A stretch of 64,000 nt of DNA from Octopus vulgaris (GCA_951406725.2 OX597824.1:72230001-72294000), one strand, 5' to 3'; shown: positions 25,441-38,182, counted from the stretch's first letter. Program-made: numbers and translations. Notes: a model not told the origin generated them from the sequence alone.

Positions 25441-26308
25441 GTTTCAACACACAGCTTCTGATCAAGTCACTTGCTAGACAACTACGCCTTTGAAATATAA
25501 TACAGAGATTGAGAAAAATCTTAAAATATTTAAAAAATGTAAAACTACAATATACCACTATCCAATTACCATGATGACAGGAAAGTATTTCCTTATATAG
25601 AGCATAACAGATAGGTATTCAGCTAGTTATCTTGTATATGTATCGCCATGATTGATTGCTAGCCACTGAACCTTTTTTTATTCTCTTTCTCTGTTTATTT
25701 CTGTGTTCCTTTCTGTTGAAGAGCATAGGCTTGAAACATAAAACACTTTCTCTCTTCCTCAGCATTAAATTAATACATCTGTTTGTTGTTTACATATATA
25801 TATCTATATAATATAAATAATATATAAATATATACATATATACATACATATATGTACATACTTACATATATATGTATATATACATGCATATATGGGTACA
25901 GGACATCAAAAAAATGTTGAACACAATGAGAAACAAAAACATAGAAACGAACTTTTTTTTCAAACAACAAAAAAACAGAGAAACAAGACATACAACACAA
26001 GGAATATTCCCCTTCTTCAGTTGTCCCTGTTTCATCTACTCCGTGTTTCAAGGGAAAGGACAATACGTGACTTTGTTGAAACAGTCCTTCCTGCAAAGCA
26101 AATTAAATAAAATTTGGGAGATATATATATATGTGTATATATGTGCTGTGAGTTCAAATTCCACTGAGGTCAACTTATCCTTTTGGGGTTGATAAATTAA
26201 GTACCAATGAAACACTGGGGTTGATAGTCCTCTCCCCCAAAATTTCAGACCTTGTACCTATAGCAGAAAGGATTATTATTATGTAAACCTTTTGTGATCA
26301 ATAAAGAA

Positions 26309-26367
<59 letters not shown>

Positions 26368-29300
26368 CTATGCTTGAGAAGACCTGTTGAGTCAAGTAAA
26401 ACCAAATTCGTAGCTGTGGTCAGTGCCCCCTGACTGGCTCCCATGCCAAAAGTGGTTGATGCCAGTGCCTCTTGACTGGCTCCTGTACCAGTGGCACATA
26501 AAAAGCACTATCCGAATGTGATCAATGCCAGGGCTGCCTGACTGGCTCCTGTGCTGGTGGTACGTAAAAAGCACCCACTACACTCTCGAAGTGGTTGGCA
26601 CTAGGAAGGGCATCCAGCTGGAGAAACATTGCCAGATCAGATTGCAGCCTGGTGCAGCCACTGGCTTTTCAGACCTCAGTCAAACCGTCCAACGCATGCC
26701 AGCATGGAAAATGGACGTTAAATGATGATGATGATTAAAGTATTGAGTAGGTAGGATTGTTAGCTTATTGGGTAAAATGCTTAGTGGCATTTTGTGTTCT
26801 GAGCTCAAGTTCCACTCAGATCAACTTTGTCTTTCATCCTTTTGGGGTTGCTAAAATAAGTACCAGTTGAACACTGGGGTTGATGTAATTGACTTACTCC
26901 TCCCCGAAATTGCTGGTTTTGTGCCAAAATTTGAAACCATTATTATTTATTGTTATTCTTATTAAGGCAGTAAGCGAGCAAAATCTTTAGAGCATTTTTC
27001 CAATGCTTCCTGGTTGTTCTTCCGGCTCTTTATGTTCTGTGTTCAAATGTTGCTGAAGTCAGTGTGCTTTTGATCCTTTTGGGATCGATAAGATAATAGT
27101 CAGGTACTGTGAGGTGGTGGTGGTGGTGGGTTTGATATATTCAACTAACACCACTCCCCTAAAATTGCTGGCTTTGTGACAAAAATTGAAACCCTTAATT
27201 ATGGAGAGACACAGAAATACATGGGTCAGTGTCCTGATGTGTGGTAAGCCTTACAGAAAGTGACAGAGCTTTGCATGCTTTGGTTGGCAATCTGTTTGGT
27301 GCTGGTGTCCTGTCTCATTGGTCAAATGCGAATCATGATAAACACACTAGGGAAGGAATGATCTTATATCAACCATCTCATTCTTGTATTGATGGAAGGA
27401 ATTAAGGAAACAGGAAACTGCTAAAACTATGGGCCTGTCAAAAGGAATCTCATTGAATCATCATCATCATCATCATTTAACATCTGTCCTCCATGATGGA
27501 ATGGGCTGGATGGTCTGACAGGAACTGGCCAGATAGAAGACTAGACCAGACTACTGTGTCTGTTTTGGCATGGTTTTTATGGCTGGATACCCTTCCTAAC
27601 ACCAACCTCCCTGTAGAAGGGACTGAGTGCTTTTTACGTGGCACCAGCAAAATGAGGTCAGTTTTGACATGGTCTTTATAGCTGGATGCCCTTCTAAATG
27701 CCAACTACTTCACAGTGTGGACTGGATGCTTGTTATGTGGCATCAGCACTGGCAGGGTCATCAAGTAACCTTTATTATTAATTATTGTATGTTGTACCAA
27801 ATGCTTGGCGACAAGTGTTCTGGCTCTGTTCTGAGTTCAAATCCCACTGAAGCCAACTTTGCTTTTCATCCTTTCATGGTCAATGAAAATAAAATACCAG
27901 TCATGTCTGGAAGTTGATTTTATTGATTAAACTCTTCCCCAGAGTTATTGTTAGCATGTAAATTTTGAACAAAACTTTCATGCAGTCGTATTCCCTCTTG
28001 ATCTTCCTTTTTTTTTTTCTTGTTTGTTTTCCAGTCAAATATTGTTTTCTATTGTGTAACAGATCACCATTCAAATTAGGGCTAGAAACAGCTGTGCCAC
28101 CACAGGCTGTGTGAGTATGTGTGTGCATGAACACATACATATGTGGAGGTGGGAGATGGGGTCAAATTGGTTGATTGGTGTTCTGGCATAGTATAAGTGT
28201 TGATCAGTACAGCATTATAGGTGATTTTTTTTTATCTTGTGTAATCCAGCTATGGTGTAGTAAGGTGGTGGTGGTGGTGGAGTAAGTTATTCAGGTTGTT
28301 GATTGTTGTTATGGTGGTATGACAGTGGTAATGATAATTGTAGTGGTACTAGTGGCTATCATCATAGTTGTCTTGGTGATCAGTGTGGTTGCGACAATGA
28401 TGTTGGTTGTGGTGGTAGTGGTGGTGGTTGTACTAAATTTCTGTTCGATTACAATTGACTTTGTGGTGTTTGTTGTTATGCTTTAAATAGGACATTTAGT
28501 TGTAGATGCTGTGGCTGTAACTACGTGCCATTCTGATTATCACTTTTGAAATCTTGAGATGTTTTAATGACAGTATGTAATTAATCTAAGGATCAGGAGT
28601 TTAATAAGGATCTAGCTGGATGAAACGGAGTTAACAAAGCTGCTGACGTTGCAACAGACAGGAATCAATAACAAGAGCAGATCGTCCAGTATTGAGTACA
28701 CGACTTCTCTTACATTGTGGATTACCCCCAATGGAATCAAAAGAGGATGTTGAAGATAATGGAGTGGGTTTTTTCTTTTTCCTTTTCGTTTTGTTTCAAG
28801 ACTTTGAGGCTTTGTCTAAAAGTGTCCTGTCTACCTGTGAAACATTACCACAATTTCTGTCTGACACTTATCTGGAAGAAAACTAAACTCGATAAAATTA
28901 GTAATCCTTTTCTTCCCCTATTTCCCCCTCTTCCTCTTCTTCAATCTGTGTCTTCTTTTCCTTTCTTTTCTTCTGTTGTTTTTTTTTATCTTTGCTTTCT
29001 TCTTTCAGAGCATTGATCTCTCTTAGCCTTCTTTGTCAGAGCCTTTAACTCTTTTACGTTTTTTTCAGGCTTAATCTTCAACTGTCATAGCAGAGCCTTC
29101 AACTGTCTCTTAACCTTCTCAGACAGACTTCAACCTGCTTAGTCCCCATTCTATCATAGCCATCAACTGCTTTAGCCTTCATATGTTTTATTTGTTCGAG
29201 TTTTCTGTTATTCCTCTTTTTCTGTCCTGAGATTTTTCTTCTTGATCAATTTACTCATCGTATTCAATGTTTACTTCAGTATATGAGGCCTAGCTGGCCT

Positions 29301-29917
29301 TTCGAAGGCAGATGTCCTTTGAGTTACAGTTGATTATGAATTTAGGGAGTTTGGTCCTACAGTAAGGTAAATGTACAAAACATGACCTCACTCAGTCATT
29401 TGCTGAGATGATCTGCTCATGGAACCTCTCTATGTAACCATCACACATAAGAGTCATCTCTGAATCCTCTTTAACATGGTGACATAGTGCTACTAGTAAT
29501 AGCTGTCATACTCTGCTCTCTCTATCCTGAGACTATGCTTTGTGTTTTCCTTTCTTCCTAGAACTAAAGTCAATCCTTGTATATCTATTCCTTAATGACT
29601 CCTCCAATGTTGGTGCTATTAAAATAAGTACAAATGACATAGTACATCACTTGTACTTTAACCCAATTGAAACCCTGACTGAGCAGGCCTATGATCAAAG
29701 GCAGTCTAGCTATATATGACCTATCCTATGATATTAATAATTTTGCTGTAGTAGTCGAAGTAGTTTTTTAGTAATTGTATTAATACATCCACTGGAGCAT
29801 TACATGTAGCCCTCATTTCCACCACACCAATGTAGCACCAGCACCAGCACCACTACTGTTGATATTTCAACACCACAACTGCAACTACCACTACATCATT
29901 GTCATCTTTATCATATT

Positions 29918-30312
29918 ACTAGCAGTATCGCCCGGCGTTGCTCAGGTTTGTTTTGACCCTTTAGAATTGGAATTTTTGAAAAGTAAAAATTTTGCATTAT
30001 GTAGCTTGTTATTCTCTTTAAGTGAACATTTTTCTGATTGAAATACACCGAAAAATAGCGACACAGCAGTCAAAAAATCGTAAAAAATAGGGATTTTCAT
30101 AGAAAAAAAGCACCTTTTTGATGTAAATAATTTTTGGTGTTAGCATGGTCCGATTTGAATTTTTCTTCTACGGAAGGAAGAGCAAGCCTTCTTCTATCAT
30201 ACTCTCAATTTCGGTCAGCTTGCGCCACAGAGTCTCGGAGGAGATAGTGTTAGTTGAAGGCTACCAAACCTGCCACACACACACAGACAACTTCAGCTTT
30301 ATATATATAGAG
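29918..30312 (+). mobile_element. Helitron/Helentron-like non-autonomous element
   Basis: Starts tactagcagtatcgcccggcgttgctc and ends cagctttatatatataga. Highly similar copy at 38826-39221 and a 5' part at 46251-46420. The class assignment is inferred from the end structure. Confidence 0.65.
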
Positions 30313-30853
30313 ACTACTGCTACCATTTTGACACCACTTCTAGAGAACTGCCACCACTACTATTATTACTTCTCCTGTCATTTCAATGCTACCACCACCA
30401 CCACCACTGCCACCACTTCTACTGTCATTTTAACATCTCCATTTCTGCCTCCATTATCATCAGTACAATCACCATTTATAAGACCACAGCTGCATTCGCC
30501 ATCACGAAAACACCAACATTGTGCCTATTACAATATCACCAGTACCTCTGTAACCATCATTAACCTATTTTAGTATTACTAGCTGTACAAACTGATAAGG
30601 GTTTGGTGACTTGATTTAGAAGAGGGAACCATGAAACATCATACCTACAGCATAATCTTTGACAATGAGGGATATGAACTCACAACTCTTCTGTGACAGC
30701 TGTCAACACCTTAACCATTAGTCTATTTTGACACCACCTTTTCTTCATTATTGTTGTCACATAATTGCTGCTTTACTTGTGGTGTCATGTATCTACTGTT
30801 TTTTGTTGTAGACCTAAGTGGTTTTTTTTTGTTTTTGTTGAAAATATTTTCAG

Positions 30854-30974
30854 GATTTTGTTGAGCGGACAATTAAGATCAGCCAATCGTTAAGGAGCGA
30901 GAAAGGATTTGGATTTTTAATTCGGGGTGGTGTGGATCAAAACTCTCCCATTGTTGTACATCGGATTGAGTTGG
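30854..30974 (+). CDS. LMO7: LMO7-like exon 7, PDZ domain N-half
   Basis: ttttcag|GAT. Reads DFVERTIKISQSLRSEKGFGFLIRGGVDQNSPIVVHRIEL, with the GFGF carboxylate-binding loop. Donor G|gtaagt, phase 1. Confidence 0.93.
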
Positions 30975-32053
30975 GTAAGTTGTTGACCCTTTTGGTCATT
31001 ACTGTTGTTTAACTCCAAGTCAGTCCCCTATTAAGTGGACCTATAATCAAAAGCATTCCAATCATAACCATCCCATCTTTTTTCAGATATTGTAAACTCC
31101 TGACTACATTATCCAGTGTATTCTTTTAATTCTTTACCTCCTAGTGTACTTTTTCTGTAATAAATCCTTTTAGAAATTAGAGATTTTTATGAAATGCCAT
31201 TGTGCAGTATAAAAATCATAAAAATATAACTATTGCATGAACTTGGATAAAACTTGGAGGTAGGTTATAATGGTAATTAGTTTACTTAGTAAATGTGGTT
31301 TTTATCTGTTGTCATGTCACAATCACAGTCACTTGCCCGAATAGGTTGAACACAGGTAAGTTGATTACAAATAGCATGTTCATTCATATTGAAGATTGGA
31401 CATTGATTTTCTGTCTCAGTGCTGAATTTGTGTTCCAGTAGTCTCTGTAACTTGGAAGATCCACAGCTCTCATGGGCAAAGCATTCTGGGGGATGCTTTT
31501 ATCTCCTCCATTGATGTAACAAAGATGGTGTTGCTCTGTTGACATGGTTCTGTCACTCGTCCTGACAAACACTTCCTTCAGGAAAGAGTTGAAAAAAATA
31601 CTCAATGAGCTTTGTTTCTAAGTTCAAGGGGTTTGTAGGGCCTACATTACTAATGAAAGCATTGATGCAATGGTTAACAATTTGATCACTCTATTCCTGT
31701 TCAGAATCAACTTTGTCGTATCTACTCAAATTCAGGTATAAATTCCATTCAGAATAACTTAGATGTGAACAAATGACATTGATATATCTCTTTATCTTCT
31801 CAAATTCAAGTTCTCTTTCTCTAATTAAATCATTTATAATATCACTGGATTTTAACTTGCCACATGATGTATCCCACCATGATGCTTGAAAATTGAAGAA
31901 AGAAACAATATGAAGAAATTTGTTAAATGAAAAACCCCAAAACAAATCCAAACTAAGAACCAGGGATAGATATGGCTTGTGAACCATATACAGAGGCAGA
32001 GTTAGGAACAAGCTCATTAACAAATTTAGCATTCAGGTTGGGACCCATCAGTA

Positions 32054-32565
32054 CTGTAAATCCTCGAGTATAGTCTGTCCTTGAGTATAATACGCGGGGG
32101 ATTTTAGGGGGCTGTACCTCTGAAAAACTAGAACCTAGTGTATAATATGCACCCCTTCTCTAACTTGAGTCAAGGAGGTCTATATAACGTCCTTGGTTTG
32201 TAAAAATGTATACGGTAATGTCCTTTATTATTATTGTATATATAACATAATGCAAACGTGTAGCTTTTTTGTGCATTTTGTTTGCAGAAAATAAAGAAAT
32301 AACAGTAATAACGTTTAATAAATGTTGCTTACTGCAAGTTATGGATGATTCTTTTTATGACTTCATTGCTTTCAGGCTTAGCTTAAGGTATTTTCACGCC
32401 TGACATCACAAAATGTGTCTGAATAAACATTGCCGGACAGCTAATGGAGACTCGGACATTGCTTAGAAAATATTTTTCATTTTTAACTTCGTATATAGTA
32501 TGCACTAGGAATTTTGACCTTTAAATTTGGGGAAGAAAATGCGGATTATACTCGAGGATTTATGG
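32054..32565. mobile_element. Tc1/mariner (Tc2/pogo-like) MITE
   Basis: TA-CTGTAAATCCTCGAGTATA ... TATACTCGAGGATTTATGG-TA; second copy at 43798-44540. Confidence 0.85.
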
Positions 32566-32859
32566 TACTCAGTATTCAGTCCTCTCCTATTCATCACCAT
32601 CTTCCAGGCCATGACTCACAATTTAAAACTTGTTGTCCCAGGCTATTTTGGATATAAGACCTGGATGTGGTCAGTTTAAATGCTAAAGGGTCAAGGGTGC
32701 AAGGTTAGTGGAAAAGCCTTAGTGATATGTAGTCCTGTTGATTGACTGATTGGAATACTCATTGAAACCAATGTGTGATTCATCATGTATATACAGTTGT
32801 CAAATATTAGCACTAATTATTTGTAATGATTAACAATTTTTTTCCATGTCTAATTGTAG

Positions 32860-33021
32860 GAAGTGCAGCAGATATATGTGAGCTTCGACCAAGGGATTTA
32901 ATTGTTAGTATCAATAGAGAAGCCATTCAACAGCACACGCAACAGAAGGTACAGCAGATCATTGATAGAGCGAATCAGCAGGGGCAAATTGAGTTACGCG
33001 TCCGGCGATATCTCAGAGGAG
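32860..33021 (+). CDS. LMO7: LMO7-like exon 8, PDZ domain C-half
   Basis: tgtag|GA. Reads GSAADICELRPRDLIVSINRE...GQIELRVRRYLRG. Donor G|gtaata, phase 1. Confidence 0.93.
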
Positions 33022-33734
33022 GTAATAAATTTCTCTATTTTATACTTTGTGTGTGTGTATAAGTTTACAGGTAATGGGATTAATTGTGAAGTCACATGGC
33101 TCAGTGGTTAGAGCTCTGGGCTCAAAATTATGAGGTAGTGAGTTTGATTCTCAGACCAGGCTGTGTGTTGTGTTATTGAACAAGACACTTTATTTCACAT
33201 TGCTCCAGTTTGCTTAGCTGTAGAAATAAGTTGCAATATCACTGGTGCCAAACTGTATCAGCCTTTGCCTTTCCCTTGGATAACATCAGTGGTATGGAGA
33301 GGGGAGGCTGGTATGCATGAGCGACTTCTATAAACAACTTTGCTTGGACTTGTGCTTCAGAGGGGAACTTTCTTGGTGTAATCCCATGATCATTCATGAC
33401 CAAAGGGGTCTTTACTCTTCTCATGGGATTAATTGGATCAAATATAATCCTTGAAATTTCTATAACAGATATTGTTATACTGGGAGATGATCACATTTTG
33501 CCAATTAAACACATGCACTACATATTTGGTCTTCAGTTCAGCTTTTTTACTATTATTTTAGTTTCTTTGTCAAAGTTCTTTCGTAACACGTTCTGTAACC
33601 TCTTCAGTAATTCCCTATCGGACATGTCTCCTCTTGTTCTCCTGATAATAGATCATCTCCATTGAAAAGTTCATCAGAAGGAAAGCAGTCAAACTCAGTA
33701 TCAAGTCTTACTCCTCTTATTCTCTTTCTTTTTC

Positions 33735-34030
33735 GCCCTTTTCAAGCCAAGCCAGGCTCCTGGGCCCAGTTTCCCGGTTTCTGTAACGTATGTGTTCCCC
33801 CCTGCTGGATGGGATGCCAGTCCATCTCAGCGTTACTCAAGAAACAGGAAGAGAGAGGAAGTTGTGGTGAAAGAGTACAATAGGGGTTGCCACCACCCAC
33901 TGCTGGAGCCTCGTGGAGCTTTTAGGTGTTTTCGCTCAATAAACACACACAACGCCTGGTCCGGGAATCAAAACCGTAATCTTCCAACTGCGAGTCCATT
34001 GCCCTAACCACTGGGCCATTGCACCTCCAC
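33735..34030 (-). mobile_element. tRNA-derived SINE (family C-related)
   Basis: On the - strand the head reads gtggaggtgcaatggcccagtggttagg...ggttttgattcccgg. Confidence 0.8.
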
Positions 34031-34128
34031 CCTCTTATTCTGCTTATGAGGAAATGTGGGGCAAAGAGTTACTTGAAGAGGTTACAGAATGTGTGATAGA
34101 AGAATCTGACAAAGAAACTAAAATAATA

Positions 34129-35563
34129 TCAGGTCATTAAGCATGAAATGTCCGATTTTCTTATGAACCAAGTTTGATAATCGTTAACTCTAATGTTTTA
34201 TCCTGACAATTCTTTGTTTTACAACATTGAAGAGTTATACCATCACTTTTTGAAATGCAGTTCATGGTGTCTGATTATATTGTAAGTTTTCTCTTGTAAA
34301 TCAATTTTTGTGAACCCATGGATAGATAAAAAATTTATGTTGCATCCTGGACAGCTCTAAGCATCAATGAGGTATTTGGTGAAGAGGTGGTGAATGAGCA
34401 GACTGTATGTTGATGGTTTGAGAAGTTGCGGTCTGGTGACTTTACTCATGAAAATCAACCCCATGGTAGACCTGGGGCCAAGGTGGATAATGATGAGCTG
34501 GAAACTGTAGTGGAAGTGGATACATCTCAATTTATGCATGAGTTAGTAGCAAGGTTTGATGTTTCGATTCCAACTGTATTGGATCATCTAAAACAAATTG
34601 GTAAGGTAAAGAAGCTGGTCAAGTGGGTACCACACAAACTGAACGAGCATCAAATGACATGTCATCTTGAAACTTGCTGTGGCGTATGTGTTCCCCCCCC
34701 ACTGCTGGACGGGATGCCAGTCCATCTCAGCGTTACTCAAGAAACAGGAAGAGAGAGGAAGTTGTGGTGAAAGAGTACAATAGGGGTCGCCACCACCCAC
34801 TGCTGGAGCCTCGTGGAGCTTTTAGGTGTTTTCGCTCAATAAACACACACAACGCCCGGTCTGGGAATCAAAACCATCACGGCATAAAAGCGAACCATTT
34901 TTGCATTGTATCTTTATGTGTGATGAAAAATGGATTCTTTTCAACAATAGCTAGGCTTCTGCATGGTGGTTGGATAGATGAAGTGCCAAAATGCAATCCA
35001 AAAGAGAATATTCACCCAAAAAAGCTAATGGTGTCTGTTTGGTGGTCCAGCGCTGGTGTCATCCACTACAGCTTCATGAGACCTGGTAAGTCAATTACAG
35101 CGGATGTATACATCAACCAATTGGATGAAATGATGAGTGAACTTGCAATTAAACAATCGAGATAGGTCAATAGAGACAGGCCAATTCTCTTGCAAAACAA
35201 TGCTTGACCACATGTTGCACAAAGAACACTAAAGTTACAGGAACTGAACCTGGAAGTACTCTGTCATCCACCATATTCACCAGACCTTGCACCAACTGAC
35301 TATCACATTTTCTAGACATTTGACAACTTTTTGCGAGGAAAAAACTTCAAATCTGAAGAAGATGCAAAAACAGCCTTTTGTGATTTCATCACCTCTTGCT
35401 CTCCAGAATTCTTTGCTGTCGGCATAAATAAGCTACCGATAAAGTGGCAAAATTGTGTTGATAATTTAGGTGCATACTTTGATTAACTGCATTGCTTTTT
35501 TGTTGAGATAAAGTAAAATGAACTTTCAGTTCAAAATTGGACATTTCATTCTTAATGACCTGA
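34129..35563 (+). pseudogene. Decayed near-full-length mariner (DD34D-type) transposon
   Basis: TIRs tcaggtcattaagcatgaaatgtcc and ggacatttcattcttaatgacctga. Disrupted transposase with KWVPHKL, HPKKLMVSVWW and HPPYSPDLAPTDYH motifs. Confidence 0.93.
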
Positions 35564-35819
35564 TCATAATAAAGCTAAAGTGAAGACCAAATATATAGTA
35601 TGTGTATTTAATGGGCAAAATATAACAATCCCCAAGCATAACAAAATCTTATAACTTTTATCCAAAGTAATTTCCTCCACTGCACAGACTTCTTTATTTA
35701 TTTGCCAACACAGAACATCACTTGTTTCTTTGAAATCTACTATTTCAGTTTTCTTCTATCAAAACTTTGTTAAACAAATACTATTCCAATTTTATATTTT
35801 ACTTTTGTTCTTCCAATAG

Positions 35820-35953
35820 CAACATACAACGAAGAGGACCAAAGTAACATCAGTGATAAAGATGTGGTAGTAGCAAAGCCCGTCCTTACTGTAAACAGTT
35901 CCCAGTCAGTTCCTGTTCTTGAAGAAGAGGTAACAAAAGAAACAAAAAAACGT
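35820..35953 (+). CDS. LMO7: LMO7-like exon 9 (alternative in-frame donor at 35929)
   Basis: ccaatag|CA. Reads ATYNEEDQSNISDKDVVVAKPVL...EEE(VTKETKKR). Donors GAG|gtaaca and CGT|gtatgt are both phase 0. Confidence 0.8.
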
Positions 35954-36571
35954 GTATGTACTGTTTTGATGGTTTTGTGTTTTACTTCCATTTTCTCTTA
36001 AAATTTCATTTACATTCTCATAAATGTGTATATATACAAATGGTGGTGGGTGGCTGCCCCCTCATTATCGAGTATGGCCATTGCACGAAGCTTAATCAAT
36101 GTTGTTATCATGCAATGCCTGTGCAAGAATATTTTGTTTTAAAGTGAGGGAAGGCTGTGCACTGAGTCAATCCCACTCACTAAGCAACAGCAGCCACAAT
36201 CCAAAACGAAGAACAAGTCAACATCATTGGTAACCACTGAGCCACAGGTTTTATGTCGGAGTTATACCAGTTACCTGAGTTACCTTCTCCTAGAAGGATG
36301 CCCTAACAAAGGCTAGGAGTCCTTCACTCCCAATGGCTTAACCGCGCGATCGGGTGTTCAGTCCTATTATTTCTATGTCCCCGCGCATGATACAGCCTTA
36401 AGACATTTATTGGATGGCCGTTGACTCTCAAGAGTTCCTCCACCCTTACAAATATGCACATATATATACACATATCTCTAAAATGCCACATTGTTGAATT
36501 GAAACTGAAACCATGTTATTTGGGAAGCAAACTTCATTCAGAAGAAATGCATAATATGTTCTTATTTGCAG

Positions 36572-36677
36572 GCTAACTATGCAGCACCTACAACAAGATT
36601 GACAAAAACTGAGCTTTCACCAGAGAAAAGTTCATCATCAGTGTCAAGTCCAACTCCAAACATGCAAATAAAAGCAG
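36572..36677 (+). CDS. LMO7: LMO7-like exon 10
   Basis: tttgcag|GCT. Reads ANYAAPTTRLTKTELSPEKSSSSVSSPTPNMQIKA. Donor G|gtttgt, phase 1. Confidence 0.8.
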
Positions 36678-37463
36678 GTTTGTAAATATATCAGTCATAA
36701 TATTCAGATTTCATTGGTTATTTGTTATGTCTTCCTGTTCCTCTCTCTCTCTCTCTCTTTATTTACATTATAAGAATTTAAAAACTTCAAGAGATGTGGA
36801 GTAAATTACTTTTTTAACAGTGACACTCAAGGTACACAAAGCTATAAATAATAGCATGTAAAAAAAGTTGTGTTAAATGACCTTATGGATAGAAAAATAT
36901 TCAGAAGCTGTCCATGGGATGTGAACCTGCATGGCAATCCAAGGTTTTTTTTTAACCTATTACTCTACATGTTATATATAGTTTTGAGTTTCACTATTAA
37001 AAAAAAACAACAATTTACTTCTCTATTCCTCATTTATGTGTGTGCATGCACATGCTCACAAATGATGTGTGTGTGTATGTGTGCATAAAAAGGATAAAGC
37101 TCCTTTCCAAATCATATAAACTCATAAGGCCAGTTTTCTAGGCTCTGTGGCATATAATTTGCCCACTGGATGGGATGCCAGTCCATTACGGGATTACTTA
37201 CTTCTATCAGCTGAGAGAATTGAAGGAATGTGAGATGAAATGTTTTGCTCAAGAGCATAACATGTTGCCCAGTCAAGATACCGAATCCACAATCTTATGA
37301 TCATCAGTCCAATACCTTAACCACTAAACCATGCACCACTACTGTGTGTGTGTGTATATACACAATAGAAACAATTATAATGATATAGAAACTAGCCAAA
37401 TGGATAGATCCTGACCTCAAAACGCTGCACCAAAAATTGTGCCAGGTTGCATCTGCAACTACT

Positions 37464-37676
37464 CTTTTACTTGTTTCAGTCATGTAACTGTGGCCATGCT
37501 GGAGCACTGTCTTTAGTCGAGCAAATCGACCCCAGGGCTTATTCTTTGTAAGCCTAGTACTTATTCTATCAGTCTCTTTTGCTGAACCGCTAAGTTACGG
37601 GGACATAAACACACCAGTATCAGTTGTCAAGCAATGTTGGGGGGACAAACACAGAAACACAAACATATACACACAC

Positions 37677-37720
<44 letters not shown>

Positions 37721-37884
37721 GACGGGCTTCTTTCAGTTTCCGTCTACCAAATTCACTCACAAGGCTTTGGTCAGCCTGAAGCTATAGTAGAAGAAACTTG
37801 CTCAAAGTGCCATGCAGTGGGACTGAACCCGGAACCATGTGGTTCATAAGCAAGCTACTTACCACACAGCCACTCCTATGCCTA
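37464..37884 (-). mobile_element. SINE family B
   Basis: Reverse complement of the family B consensus. Confidence 0.88.
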
Positions 37885-38000
37885 TAACTGACAACTAATA
37901 GTTGCCATATATGTTAAATACTGATCGATGCAGTTAGCCAAAATCTGGAACATAACTGAGAGCCAGTACAGTATCCGCCCAGATGATATATCCCTCCAAA

Positions 38001-38061
<61 letters not shown>

Positions 38062-38062
<1 letters not shown>

Positions 38063-38182
38063 TCTTATACAAGAATGTTGTTGACAGTGACTTCGAAGTT
38101 TTGGCCAGATAAGCCATTGTTGGACAATGGCATAGCTAGCCGAAACTCTGAAGTCACTGTCTACAACATTCTTGCATAAGAA
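38062..38182. repeat. 121-nt near-perfect palindrome
   Basis: About 59-bp arms ttcttatacaagaatgttg...gccattgt and acaatggc...caacattcttgcataagaa, with a 3-nt loop. Confidence 0.92.

Noticed and set aside
31384-32032. Two - strand ORFs that look like decayed coding sequence
   Set aside because: No motif I can recognise; a translated search is needed before any call.
36045-36430. GC-richer segment that may be an RTE-related 5' region with an HDV-like ribozyme
   Set aside because: I could not build the nested double pseudoknot by eye; left unassigned.
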